Part shown: positions 55,989-64,000 of the stretch, piece after piece
How positions within the stretch are numbered: position 1 is the stretch's first letter
Layout of the letters: every line of letters begins with the position of its first letter
Source of the DNA: an uncultured Gammaproteobacteria bacterium
GTDB taxonomy: Bacteria > Patescibacteriota > Microgenomatia > UBA10105 > UBA927
Direction: 5' to 3'
NCBI GenBank assembly: GCA_964515005.1
Contig: CAZEVT010000004.1
Coordinates: 4,302 to 68,301 of the forward strand
DNA: 64,000 bases
The notes under the pieces: generated by a model
The model's input: only the letters and a program-made list of their open reading frames with translations
What the model was told of the DNA's origin: nothing
The model's database searches: none
Position numbers and translations under genes: made by a program

Positions 55989-57417
55989 TATAGCGAGCAT
56001 CAAACGAAAGTCGCTCTCGGGCGTTGTTGCGTTAACCTCACGGACGTTTATCCTGCAGCTTATTGCGTTTGCGGCGACCTTCCTCCTTACCATATTCTTA
56101 AGCCCGGAGATTTTCGGCATTTTTTATGTCGTGTCCGCGGTTATTAGTTTCTTGGGATACTTTGCCGATATAGGCCTGGCCGCCGCCCTCATTCAAAAAA
56201 AGGACGCGCTCACCCAGGAGGATCTGTCGACGACATTCAGTATTCAGCAGATGCTCGTCGGGTCGATAGTGGTCATTGCGTTTATATTTTCAAGCAGCAT
56301 TGCGGTATTTTACCGCCTCGACAGCGCGGGGCTTTGGCTTTTTCGGGCACTCGTCCTTTCGTTTTTCCTGTCTTCTCTCAAAACCATTCCCTCGATACTC
56401 TTGGAGCGTAAGCTTGAATTTAATAAGCTGATTATTCCCCAAATTCTGGAAACGCTGGGTTTTTATATCGTCGCCGTGATGCTGGCTTGGCAGGGATACG
56501 GTGTGATGAGCTTTGCATGGGCGGTACTTGTTCGGGCAGTCATTGGGCTCGTTGCCATGTACGTGGTTTCGCCCTGGAGGGTGTCGCTTGCCTTATCCCG
56601 AGACGTCGCCCACAAGCTTATGAAGTTTGGCATACCGTTCCAATTCAACTCGTTTATCGCGCTTCTTAAAGACGACCTTCTCACCGTATTTTTGGGAAAA
56701 GTCCTCCCGTTTGCCGAAGTTGGGTACATCGGGTGGGCCAAAAAATGGGCAGAGGTGCCCTTGAGGTTGATTATGGACAGCGTCATCCGCGTCACATTCC
56801 CGGCGTTTTCGCGCTTACAGGCCTCCCCCGAACACCTAAGGAAGGCGATAGAAAAAACGCTCTTTGGGCTTTCGCTGACGATGTTCCCGATATCCGTGGG
56901 GCTGTTGTTTTTTGTTGAGCCTTTGATCGGTATTATCCCCAAATACTCCAAATGGGAGCCGGCCATTATGGCATTTTATCTTTTGACCGTGACGGCACTA
57001 TTTGCGGGGCTTACGACGCCCCTTACCAACGCACTAAATGCGATAGGGAAAATTAAGGTAACGCTGGGCCTCATGGTGATGTGGACCGCCCTCACCTGGG
57101 CCCTTACCCTCACCTTTGTTCGCCTGTATGGCTTTAACGGAGTGCCGATGGCATTTTTGGCTGTCTCCACAACCATTGTGGTCGTGATTTTCCTCGTGAA
57201 ACGCGAGGTAGATTTCGCGTTTTGGAAAAGCGTTTTTGCCGCGTGTGTGGGGGCTATTCTGCAGGCTCTGTGGTATGCCGGGATTCTCCGCGTCGTCCCG
57301 CACTCGGCCGTCGGGCTTATCGTCGCAGGCACGACCGGTGGTATACTGTACCTGGGTGTGGTCCTCACGCTTGAAAAGAAACGGATTACGGACACCGTAA
57401 GGAGTTTTAGGTCATGA
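55975..57417 (+). CDS. Wzx-type oligosaccharide flippase
   Basis: About 12 TMs, LSPEIFG, DIGLAAALIQ, LERKLEF, FPAFSRLQ. Confidence 0.9.
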   Translation: MEEIDIASIKRKSLSGVVALTSRTFILQLIAFAATFLLTIFLSPEIFGIFYVVSAVISFLGYFADIGLAAALIQKKDALTQEDLSTTFSIQQMLVGSIVVIAFIFSSSIAVFYRLDSAGLWLFRALVLSFFLSSLKTIPSILLERKLEFNKLIIPQILETLGFYIVAVMLAWQGYGVMSFAWAVLVRAVIGLVAMYVVSPWRVSLALSRDVAHKLMKFGIPFQFNSFIALLKDDLLTVFLGKVLPFAEVGYIGWAKKWAEVPLRLIMDSVIRVTFPAFSRLQASPEHLRKAIEKTLFGLSLTMFPISVGLLFFVEPLIGIIPKYSKWEPAIMAFYLLTVTALFAGLTTPLTNALNAIGKIKVTLGLMVMWTALTWALTLTFVRLYGFNGVPMAFLAVSTTIVVVIFLVKREVDFAFWKSVFAACVGAILQALWYAGILRVVPHSAVGLIVAGTTGGILYLGVVLTLEKKRITDTVRSFRS

Positions 57418-58313
57418 AACAAACACTTTCAGTTGTCGTGTCGGCCTATAACGAGCAAAAGTCACTCGGAAGATGTTTATCGTCCGTGTCTTTTGCTGAT
57501 GAGATCATTGTTGTCGATAATGAGTCGGAGGATACAACAGTGGAGGTTGCCAAAAAGCACACCAAAAACGTGTATTCGCAAAAGAATATCCTCATGCTCA
57601 ATACGAACAAAAATTACGGGTTTAGTAAGGCAACCGGCGATTGGATACTCAATCTCGATGCCGATGAGGAGATTCCGAAGGAGCTTTCCCGCGAAATCCA
57701 ATCGCATATGAAGTCCAGTCCAAAAGAAAACGGATTTTGGATCAAAAGAAAGAATATTATTTTCGGCAAATGGGTGCGGAACGGGCTATGGTGGCCGGAC
57801 AAACAGGTACGTCTCTTTCGGCGAGGCAAGGGAAAGTTTCCGTGCGTGCATATCCACGAATACATCGCTGTTGATGGGCAAGTGGGTGAGCTAACCGAAC
57901 CCTACACCCATTACAATTACGAATCCGTAAGCCAATATTTGCGGACCATAGACCGGGCTTCAACCAGCGAAGCGTTGTCTTTGAAAGATATGAATCACCA
58001 GTTCGTTTGGTACGATGCCCTACGGTTTCCGCTTTCTGATTTTTTGAAGATATATTTTGCCCAAGCCGGATACAAAGACGGGCTTCATGGGCTGGTACTC
58101 GCGCTTTTCCAGGCGTTTTACTCATTTACCGTGTTTGCTAAATACTGGGAAATGCACAAATTTGAAGAGCGGGAGCTTACATTGAGCGCCGCCACGGACG
58201 AACTTACCCGCGGGGCGAAAGAGACAAAATACTGGATGGTATCCGCAAAAATTGCCGAAACCCCCGGAATATTGGGAAAAATTCTATGGAAAATACGGCG
58301 AAAGTTTTTGTAA
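57414..58313 (+). CDS. GT2 glycosyltransferase (WaaE-like)
   Basis: NE..L..CL.SV, VDNES.D.T, LDADE, RLF, HE, GYKDG. Confidence 0.9.
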   Translation: MKQTLSVVVSAYNEQKSLGRCLSSVSFADEIIVVDNESEDTTVEVAKKHTKNVYSQKNILMLNTNKNYGFSKATGDWILNLDADEEIPKELSREIQSHMKSSPKENGFWIKRKNIIFGKWVRNGLWWPDKQVRLFRRGKGKFPCVHIHEYIAVDGQVGELTEPYTHYNYESVSQYLRTIDRASTSEALSLKDMNHQFVWYDALRFPLSDFLKIYFAQAGYKDGLHGLVLALFQAFYSFTVFAKYWEMHKFEERELTLSAATDELTRGAKETKYWMVSAKIAETPGILGKILWKIRRKFL

Positions 58314-59206
58314 TCATTGTCAACTGGAATGGAAAAAAAGATACGCAGGCTTGTTTGTCTTCACTTGCCAAAGTAAACAGTGCCCTCGTTGACCTGCACA
58401 TTGTGGTTGTCGACAACGGCTCCAAAGACGATTCTGTGTCCTATCTCAAAAAGAAATTCCCTCAAGCTACCGTATTGGAAACCGGTAAAAACCTAGGATT
58501 TACCGGAGGCAACAACGTGGGAATTCGTCACGCAATCTCCCGTGGGGCGGATTTCGTTTGGCTTCTCAACAATGACACCATTGTTGCCGACCGCGTGCTG
58601 TCTCTGGTCAAAGCGTTTGATGATCCCACGGTAGGAATCTGCGGCAGCAAAATCTATTTTGCTCCGGGGCACGAATTTCATCACGACCGCTATAAGGAGA
58701 GTGAACGCGGGAAAGTATTTTGGTATGCGGGCGGTATTGTCGACTGGAACAATATGTACGCATCGCACCGGGGAGTTGATGAGGTAGATCACGGACAATA
58801 TAACAAAACAGAGGAAACCCCCTTTATCAGCGGATGTTCTTTCATGATCAGGCGATCTGTTATAGAGAAAATCGGAGTATTGGACGATCGATTTTTTGCA
58901 TATCTTGAAGATTTGGATTATTGCCTGCGGGCTAAAAAAGCGGGATTCAAGCTTTTGTACGTACCCACCTCTGTTCTCTGGCATGTGAATGCGGGATCGT
59001 CCGGAAGGCCCGGGAATCCCCTCCATGAATACTATTTCACCCGCAACCGGCTACTTCTCGGATTTCGGTATGCGGCGACGCGAACGAAATTTGCGCTCCT
59101 CCGGGAGGCGTTCAGGTTTCTCGTGAGCGGCTCCCCGGTTCGCAGAAAGGCCGTTATGGATGCATTTACCGGAAGGTTTGGAAATAGATTTTCCTTGAAG
59201 CCATGA
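58286..59206 (+). CDS. GT2 glycosyltransferase (rhamnosyltransferase-like)
   Basis: IVNWNG, VDNGS, NLGFTGGNN, LLNND, EDLDYCLR. Confidence 0.92.
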   Translation: MENTAKVFVIIVNWNGKKDTQACLSSLAKVNSALVDLHIVVVDNGSKDDSVSYLKKKFPQATVLETGKNLGFTGGNNVGIRHAISRGADFVWLLNNDTIVADRVLSLVKAFDDPTVGICGSKIYFAPGHEFHHDRYKESERGKVFWYAGGIVDWNNMYASHRGVDEVDHGQYNKTEETPFISGCSFMIRRSVIEKIGVLDDRFFAYLEDLDYCLRAKKAGFKLLYVPTSVLWHVNAGSSGRPGNPLHEYYFTRNRLLLGFRYAATRTKFALLREAFRFLVSGSPVRRKAVMDAFTGRFGNRFSLKP

Positions 59207-59955
59207 AACACGTGCTTTCCGTCATCATCATTGCGAAAAACGAAGAAGCGCGGATTGTCGATTGCCTCGGCTTCCTCTCATTTGCCGATGAAATAATACT
59301 TGTTGATAACGGGTCGACCGACAAAACCATGACCATCGCGCGCACGCACGGCGCCAAGATTTTTGAGGCCGGGGAAAAAGATTTTGCGAGCGTCCGGGAA
59401 TTAGGACTGCGAGAGGCAACAGGCAAATGGGTTCTCTATATAGATGCCGACGAGGAAGTGGGAGAAGCGCTCCAAAAAGAAATTCGCAAGGCGATAAGGT
59501 CTCACCAAATCGGAGGTCCGTCCGCATACCTTATAAAGCGCGATACGTACTATTTAGGATACCACTGGCCGTATCAGGATACAGTTGAACGGCTGTTTTT
59601 GAAATCAGCGCTGAAAGGGTGGCACGGAAAACTACACGAAACACCGGTTTTTGTCGGAAAATCAGCAGTTTTAAGGCACCCGCTTGTCCATCGGACCCAC
59701 CGCACACTAGAGGAGATGCTAGTCAAAACCAATGACTGGTCGGAGATTGAAGCGGCGTTGCGCTTCGATGCCCATCATCCACCGATGGTGTGGTGGAGGT
59801 TTCTTCGTGTGATGTTTACCGGGTTTATCCGTTCTTACGTCGATCAACGCGGGTGGCGCGCCGGGATAGTCGGTTGGATCGAGAGTATTTATCAGGCATT
59901 CAGCATGTTTGTGACGTACGCAAAACTGTGGGAAATGCAACAGCGTAAAAAATGA
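59203..59955 (+). CDS. GT2 glycosyltransferase (WaaE-like)
   Basis: IIAKNEE, VDNGSTD, IDADE, LHE. Confidence 0.9.
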   Translation: MKHVLSVIIIAKNEEARIVDCLGFLSFADEIILVDNGSTDKTMTIARTHGAKIFEAGEKDFASVRELGLREATGKWVLYIDADEEVGEALQKEIRKAIRSHQIGGPSAYLIKRDTYYLGYHWPYQDTVERLFLKSALKGWHGKLHETPVFVGKSAVLRHPLVHRTHRTLEEMLVKTNDWSEIEAALRFDAHHPPMVWWRFLRVMFTGFIRSYVDQRGWRAGIVGWIESIYQAFSMFVTYAKLWEMQQRKK

Positions 59956-62237
59956 AATCATTTATTCACAAATACTGGCCGCAGGTTGTCATCGTATCCT
60001 TGTGGCTTATATTTTCTTTTCCGTATGTTGCGCGCGGGCTGATTCCGTTTCCGTCGGACTATCTGGTGACTTTTTTTCCTCCATGGAGCGCCGAGTACGG
60101 CATGCCGGTAAAAAATAACGCGATACCGGATGTCATTACCCAGATATACCCCTGGAAAAAGTTAACCATCGATACGTGGAAATCCGGGCAGGTGCCCTTA
60201 TGGAACCCGTATAGTTTTGCAGGCACTCCTCACGCCGGCAATTACCAGAGCGCGGTTTTTTCACCCCTGAATCTTCTGTTTTTTATCCTGCCCTTTATTG
60301 ACGCATGGGCTATTTTTATTTTGCTTCAACCGCTTCTGGCGGGAGTATTCATGTATATGTTTGTTCGCAGTCTTGACCGGTCGCGGGCGGCCGCGCTTCT
60401 TTCAGCAACAGCATTCATGTTCTGCGGATTTATCGTTTCTTGGATGGCATACGGGACGCTGGGGTACGCCGCGCTCTTCCTGCCATTAATTTTTTGGGGC
60501 ATAAACAAAAAGAAGGGGCTCGCAATAAGTCTGGGTGTCGCGTTATCATTTGTGTCCGGGCATTTTCAAGTGAGTACGTATGTGCTCGCTGCTGCGGCGT
60601 TTTATAGTATTTGGAAGAGAGAGTGGAAGGCCTGTATATACCTTGCTCTTGGTGTTTTTATTGCCGCACCGCAAATATTTCTTGGTTTTAAGTCATTTTT
60701 ACTCTCAACAAGAGGAGAGACCGTATTGAAAGGTGAAGTTATCCCGTGGGCGTACCTTCTTACCCTGATCGCCCCTGATTTTTTCGGCAATCCGGTGACG
60801 AGAAACGACTGGTTTGGTCACTACGCCGAGTGGGGAGGATTTGTGGGGGTTGTTCCGTTTCTTTTAGCTGTCTTCGCCGGAGTCCGGAGAAAGACACCCG
60901 CGACATGGTTTTTTGTTGCGCTTGCCGTCCTCGCGTTTGCCTTTGCACTACCAACGCCGTTTAATAGTCTTCTGTATATTCTCAAAGTACCGGTTCTTTC
61001 AGGCAGCGCCGCGTCACGAATTATTATCCTTGCTAGCTTCGCGATCGCCGTTCTTTCTGGATTCGGTCTTGACCACTTGGTGCGTGATTGGAAAGACAAT
61101 AAGCGGAAACAGATTATTTGGTTTGCGGTAGCGTGTTTTGCTTTCGGCGCCACAGCGTGGGCAATTTTATTATTCGGCAATCCCTTGCCTATCGACAAGC
61201 TCGCCATTGCGAAGCGGAATTTTGTCTTGCCAAGCGCCCTTATTGTTGCCGGATCGGTCTTTTTTGTCTTGGGACTAGTTCGTCGCAAATGGCTGCAGGC
61301 ATTGGTTATATGTTTGATTCTTGGTGCGTCTGCTTTTGATGGGCTTCGTTTTGCAATAAAATGGATGCCGTTTGAATCTCGGCAATACGTCTATCCAGAA
61401 GTGAAATCTTTGGAATTCTTACAATCAAAAGTAGGCAGCGACCGGGTGTTTGGCAACATGGGGGCAGGCGAAGTAGGGGTCGAGTCCCGCATTCCCCTTA
61501 TTGAGGGCTACGATGCGGTGTACCCGGCACGGTACGGGGAATTTATAAGCGCTGTATCGAAAGGTTCCGTGAATCCCGGCGAACGATCGGTTGTGCAATT
61601 TGATAAATATGGGGTACACAAAACAGAGGCGCTCCAGCTTCTCGGGGTGCGATATATATATCATAGACTAAGCGACGCAAGGAACGTCTGGGCATTTCCG
61701 TATTGGGAATATGTTACAGATGGAAGCATGCGTCAGATCTACAGTGATGAAAAGTATTGGATATATGAATATACCCAAGTCTACCCGCGGGCATTTTTGG
61801 CATCAGTCTATACCGTAGCCACGGATCCACAGGAGACCGTATCGAAATTATTTGCGGAAGGTTTTGACCGGCGAAATACACTGGTTCTTGAGGAAAAGCC
61901 TTCGCTTGAACCACAACCTGCCTCGCCGGCAGGCGGGGAGGGTTCCGCGTCAGCAACTATTGTATCCTACACACCAAACAAGGTGGTTATCGAAACAAAT
62001 TCGGAAGTTGCGAAATTACTGTTTCTCTCCGACACATTTGATACCGGTTGGAAAGCGACGGTGGATGGAGTTCCTACGAACGTCTATCGGGCGGACTATG
62101 ATTTCCGCGCCGTTCCCGTGCCGGCGGGCGCCCACACGGTCATATTTACCTATACACCTGACGAATTCCGCTGGGGTATAATGCTAGCTATTGTCGGGGT
62201 TGTAACGCTTGGGTATTTGTTAAAACAGAAAAAATGA
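59952..62237 (+). CDS. YfhO-like GT-C membrane glycosyltransferase
   Basis: PLWNPYSFAGTP, SGHFQ, PDFFGNP, PRAF, LSDTFDTGWKATVDG. Confidence 0.9.
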   Translation: MKSFIHKYWPQVVIVSLWLIFSFPYVARGLIPFPSDYLVTFFPPWSAEYGMPVKNNAIPDVITQIYPWKKLTIDTWKSGQVPLWNPYSFAGTPHAGNYQSAVFSPLNLLFFILPFIDAWAIFILLQPLLAGVFMYMFVRSLDRSRAAALLSATAFMFCGFIVSWMAYGTLGYAALFLPLIFWGINKKKGLAISLGVALSFVSGHFQVSTYVLAAAAFYSIWKREWKACIYLALGVFIAAPQIFLGFKSFLLSTRGETVLKGEVIPWAYLLTLIAPDFFGNPVTRNDWFGHYAEWGGFVGVVPFLLAVFAGVRRKTPATWFFVALAVLAFAFALPTPFNSLLYILKVPVLSGSAASRIIILASFAIAVLSGFGLDHLVRDWKDNKRKQIIWFAVACFAFGATAWAILLFGNPLPIDKLAIAKRNFVLPSALIVAGSVFFVLGLVRRKWLQALVICLILGASAFDGLRFAIKWMPFESRQYVYPEVKSLEFLQSKVGSDRVFGNMGAGEVGVESRIPLIEGYDAVYPARYGEFISAVSKGSVNPGERSVVQFDKYGVHKTEALQLLGVRYIYHRLSDARNVWAFPYWEYVTDGSMRQIYSDEKYWIYEYTQVYPRAFLASVYTVATDPQETVSKLFAEGFDRRNTLVLEEKPSLEPQPASPAGGEGSASATIVSYTPNKVVIETNSEVAKLLFLSDTFDTGWKATVDGVPTNVYRADYDFRAVPVPAGAHTVIFTYTPDEFRWGIMLAIVGVVTLGYLLKQKK
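61917..61937. repeat. 21-bp palindromic element within the coding frame
   Basis: CCTGCCT-CGCCGGC-AGGCGGG, encoding PASPAGG. Confidence 0.55.
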
Positions 62238-63256
62238 AGATAGGTTTTTCCAGCCCGTATTTTGACAGCCTTTCCGGTGGGGAGCGCTATGCCTTGACGC
62301 TCGCCTCGCACTGGTCAAAGAGCCACAAAGTCTCGCTCTTTTGGGATGAGCCGGGAGTACTTCGCAAAGCCGAGTCGCGGTTCAATATCGACCTTTCGGC
62401 AGTCCGGACGGTCGAGAACGTGTTCAAAACCCGTAACGTATTTAAGAAAATGATGGTCAGCCGCGGGTACGATTGTATTTTTTTTCTCACCGACGGCAGC
62501 ATTCCGACCACATTTTGCAGGCATAACATTCTACATTTTCAGGTACCGTTTCAGCACATTCCCGTACACCCCATAAAACTGAGCCGATTTCAGGCAATTG
62601 TATGCAATTCAGATTTTACGAAACGAAATATAACCGCGCGACTGGGGAGACGTGCAATCGTGATCTATCCGCCGGTTACTCCCATTAAACCCGCCAGAGT
62701 GGCGAAGAAAAAAATGATTCTATCCGTCGGGAGGCTTCATCCTCTCAAGAAGCATGACGTGCTCGTTGAAGCATTCGGCAAGGGAAAGTTTGAGGGCTAT
62801 GAATTAGTGTTGACCGGAGGGCTTTTACCTGCGGACGCAGCATACGTGAAGCGGCTCATGCGGCTCGCATCGGGACTCCCAGTGCGACTACTTCCAAATA
62901 TATCTTTTGATAAATTAAGTCTTCTCTACAACCATTCATCCATCTATTGGCACGCGGCAGGGTTTGGAGAAACAAATCCGGAAAATATGGAACATTTTGG
63001 TATTTCAACCGTTGAGGCCATGTCAGCAGGCAGCATACCGGTTGTGTTTGACGGTGGAGGATTACCCGAGATAGTACGCGAGGGGGAAGAAGGATACCTT
63101 TGGAAAAATGCCGATGAGTTATGCCGTAAAACAAAACAAATTATGGCAGGAGGCACCAGCAAATTTACAAAAAGCGCAGTAGTCAGATCACAACAATTTT
63201 CTGTACAAAAATTTACGCAATCATTTGATGCATTACTTGCAGATATTGCAGGATGA
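62234..63256 (+). CDS. GT4 glycosyltransferase
   Basis: GGERY, NSDFT, IYPPV, SVGR..K, EHFGISTVEAM. Confidence 0.93.
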   Translation: MKIGFSSPYFDSLSGGERYALTLASHWSKSHKVSLFWDEPGVLRKAESRFNIDLSAVRTVENVFKTRNVFKKMMVSRGYDCIFFLTDGSIPTTFCRHNILHFQVPFQHIPVHPIKLSRFQAIVCNSDFTKRNITARLGRRAIVIYPPVTPIKPARVAKKKMILSVGRLHPLKKHDVLVEAFGKGKFEGYELVLTGGLLPADAAYVKRLMRLASGLPVRLLPNISFDKLSLLYNHSSIYWHAAGFGETNPENMEHFGISTVEAMSAGSIPVVFDGGGLPEIVREGEEGYLWKNADELCRKTKQIMAGGTSKFTKSAVVRSQQFSVQKFTQSFDALLADIAG

Positions 63257-64000
63257 AAAAATTATTACCAATCATAGTAATTATTGCAGCCTGCGCGATA
63301 TTTTTTAGCCCGACATTACGGCAAGGCAAAATTCCGGTGCCGACCGATACCCTGATCGGGTTGTATCATCCGTGGCTTGATCAGGCGGCGACAACCAATC
63401 CCGCGGGCGTGCCGTTTAAAAACTTTCTCATCACGGACCCCATTCGCCAGCAGATTCCGTGGCGAAAGCTCGTTATTGATCAATGGAGAGAGGGTACGTT
63501 TCCGTCCTGGAATCCGTATAATTTTTCAGGGACTCCGCTCGGGGCCAATATTCAGGCGGGATCCTTTTATCCTCTGAATATATTGTTTTTCTTTTTGCCA
63601 TTTTCCGTGGCCTGGACAATTCTTATCATCGCCCAGCCAGTACTGGCTGCGTTATTTCTCTATCTATATCTACGAAGCAAGAAAATTCTCCCAGCTGTCG
63701 CGGTTTTTGGCGGTATCGTATGGGCGTTTTGCGGTTTTGCGATCGCATGGCTTACGTGGGGAACCATCGTGCAAACCGCCCTCTGGCTGCCGCTCATCTT
63801 ACTTTCGATAGATCGGCGGTCCTATATTCTATTGCTATTATCTTCCGTTTTTGCGCTCTTTGCCGGACATGCACAAGTTGCCTTATATATTTTTGCTTTC
63901 GCCGGAATATATAGCTTGTGGAAACGTTCGTGGTGGGTTATTGCCGCCGCAGCAGTTGTCGCTCTTATTACGTCGATTCAATGGGTCCCAATGCTTACCT
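63253..64000 (+). CDS. YfhO-like GT-C glycosyltransferase (partial, runs off the window)
   Basis: Hand translation MKKLLPIIVII...PFKNFLITDPIRQQIPW...PSWNPYNFSGTPL; paralogous to 59952..62237. Confidence 0.85.
   Translation, partial: MKKLLPIIVIIAACAIFFSPTLRQGKIPVPTDTLIGLYHPWLDQAATTNPAGVPFKNFLITDPIRQQIPWRKLVIDQWREGTFPSWNPYNFSGTPLGANIQAGSFYPLNILFFFLPFSVAWTILIIAQPVLAALFLYLYLRSKKILPAVAVFGGIVWAFCGFAIAWLTWGTIVQTALWLPLILLSIDRRSYILLLLSSVFALFAGHAQVALYIFAFAGIYSLWKRSWWVIAAAAVVALITSIQWVPMLT

Overview
A 64-kb chromosomal window of a small-genome bacterium. Gene content and style (compact intergenic regions, -10 boxes directly ahead of start codons, many GT-C glycosyltransferases, a truncated TsaB) suggest CPR/Patescibacteria, probably Microgenomates-like; this is inference. 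The genetic code is standard, with TGA as stop. Positions ~1-17.8 kb form an accessory-rich region ending at the 3' end of a tRNA-Glu(CTC). It contains a visibly AT-rich island: radC, a MazG-like enzyme, a DUF2075 nuclease-helicase, an SRA-like HNH nuclease, then an operon of four tandem tiny helix+HTH paralogs plus a membrane-anchored partner. It also holds a Cas4-like nuclease, Bro-N, Fic, a circularly permuted HAD hydrolase and several ORFans. Positions ~18-40 kb are housekeeping genes (greA, lysS, rdgB, serS, secA, two DsbA-like proteins, ruvC, prfB, ftsEX plus a coiled-coil protein with a circularly permuted M23 domain, tsaE/C/B). Positions ~40-64 kb are a large surface-glycosylation locus (rmlACBD, ugd, GT2/GT4, many GT-C/YfhO-like enzymes, Wzx). 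The best candidates for new biology are the four-HTH + membrane-protein operon (7205-8477), a 68-nt structured repeat with compensatory base changes in three intergenic copies (1524, 2837, 29427), and two circularly permuted enzymes. All assignments come from motif recognition by eye; no database searches were run.
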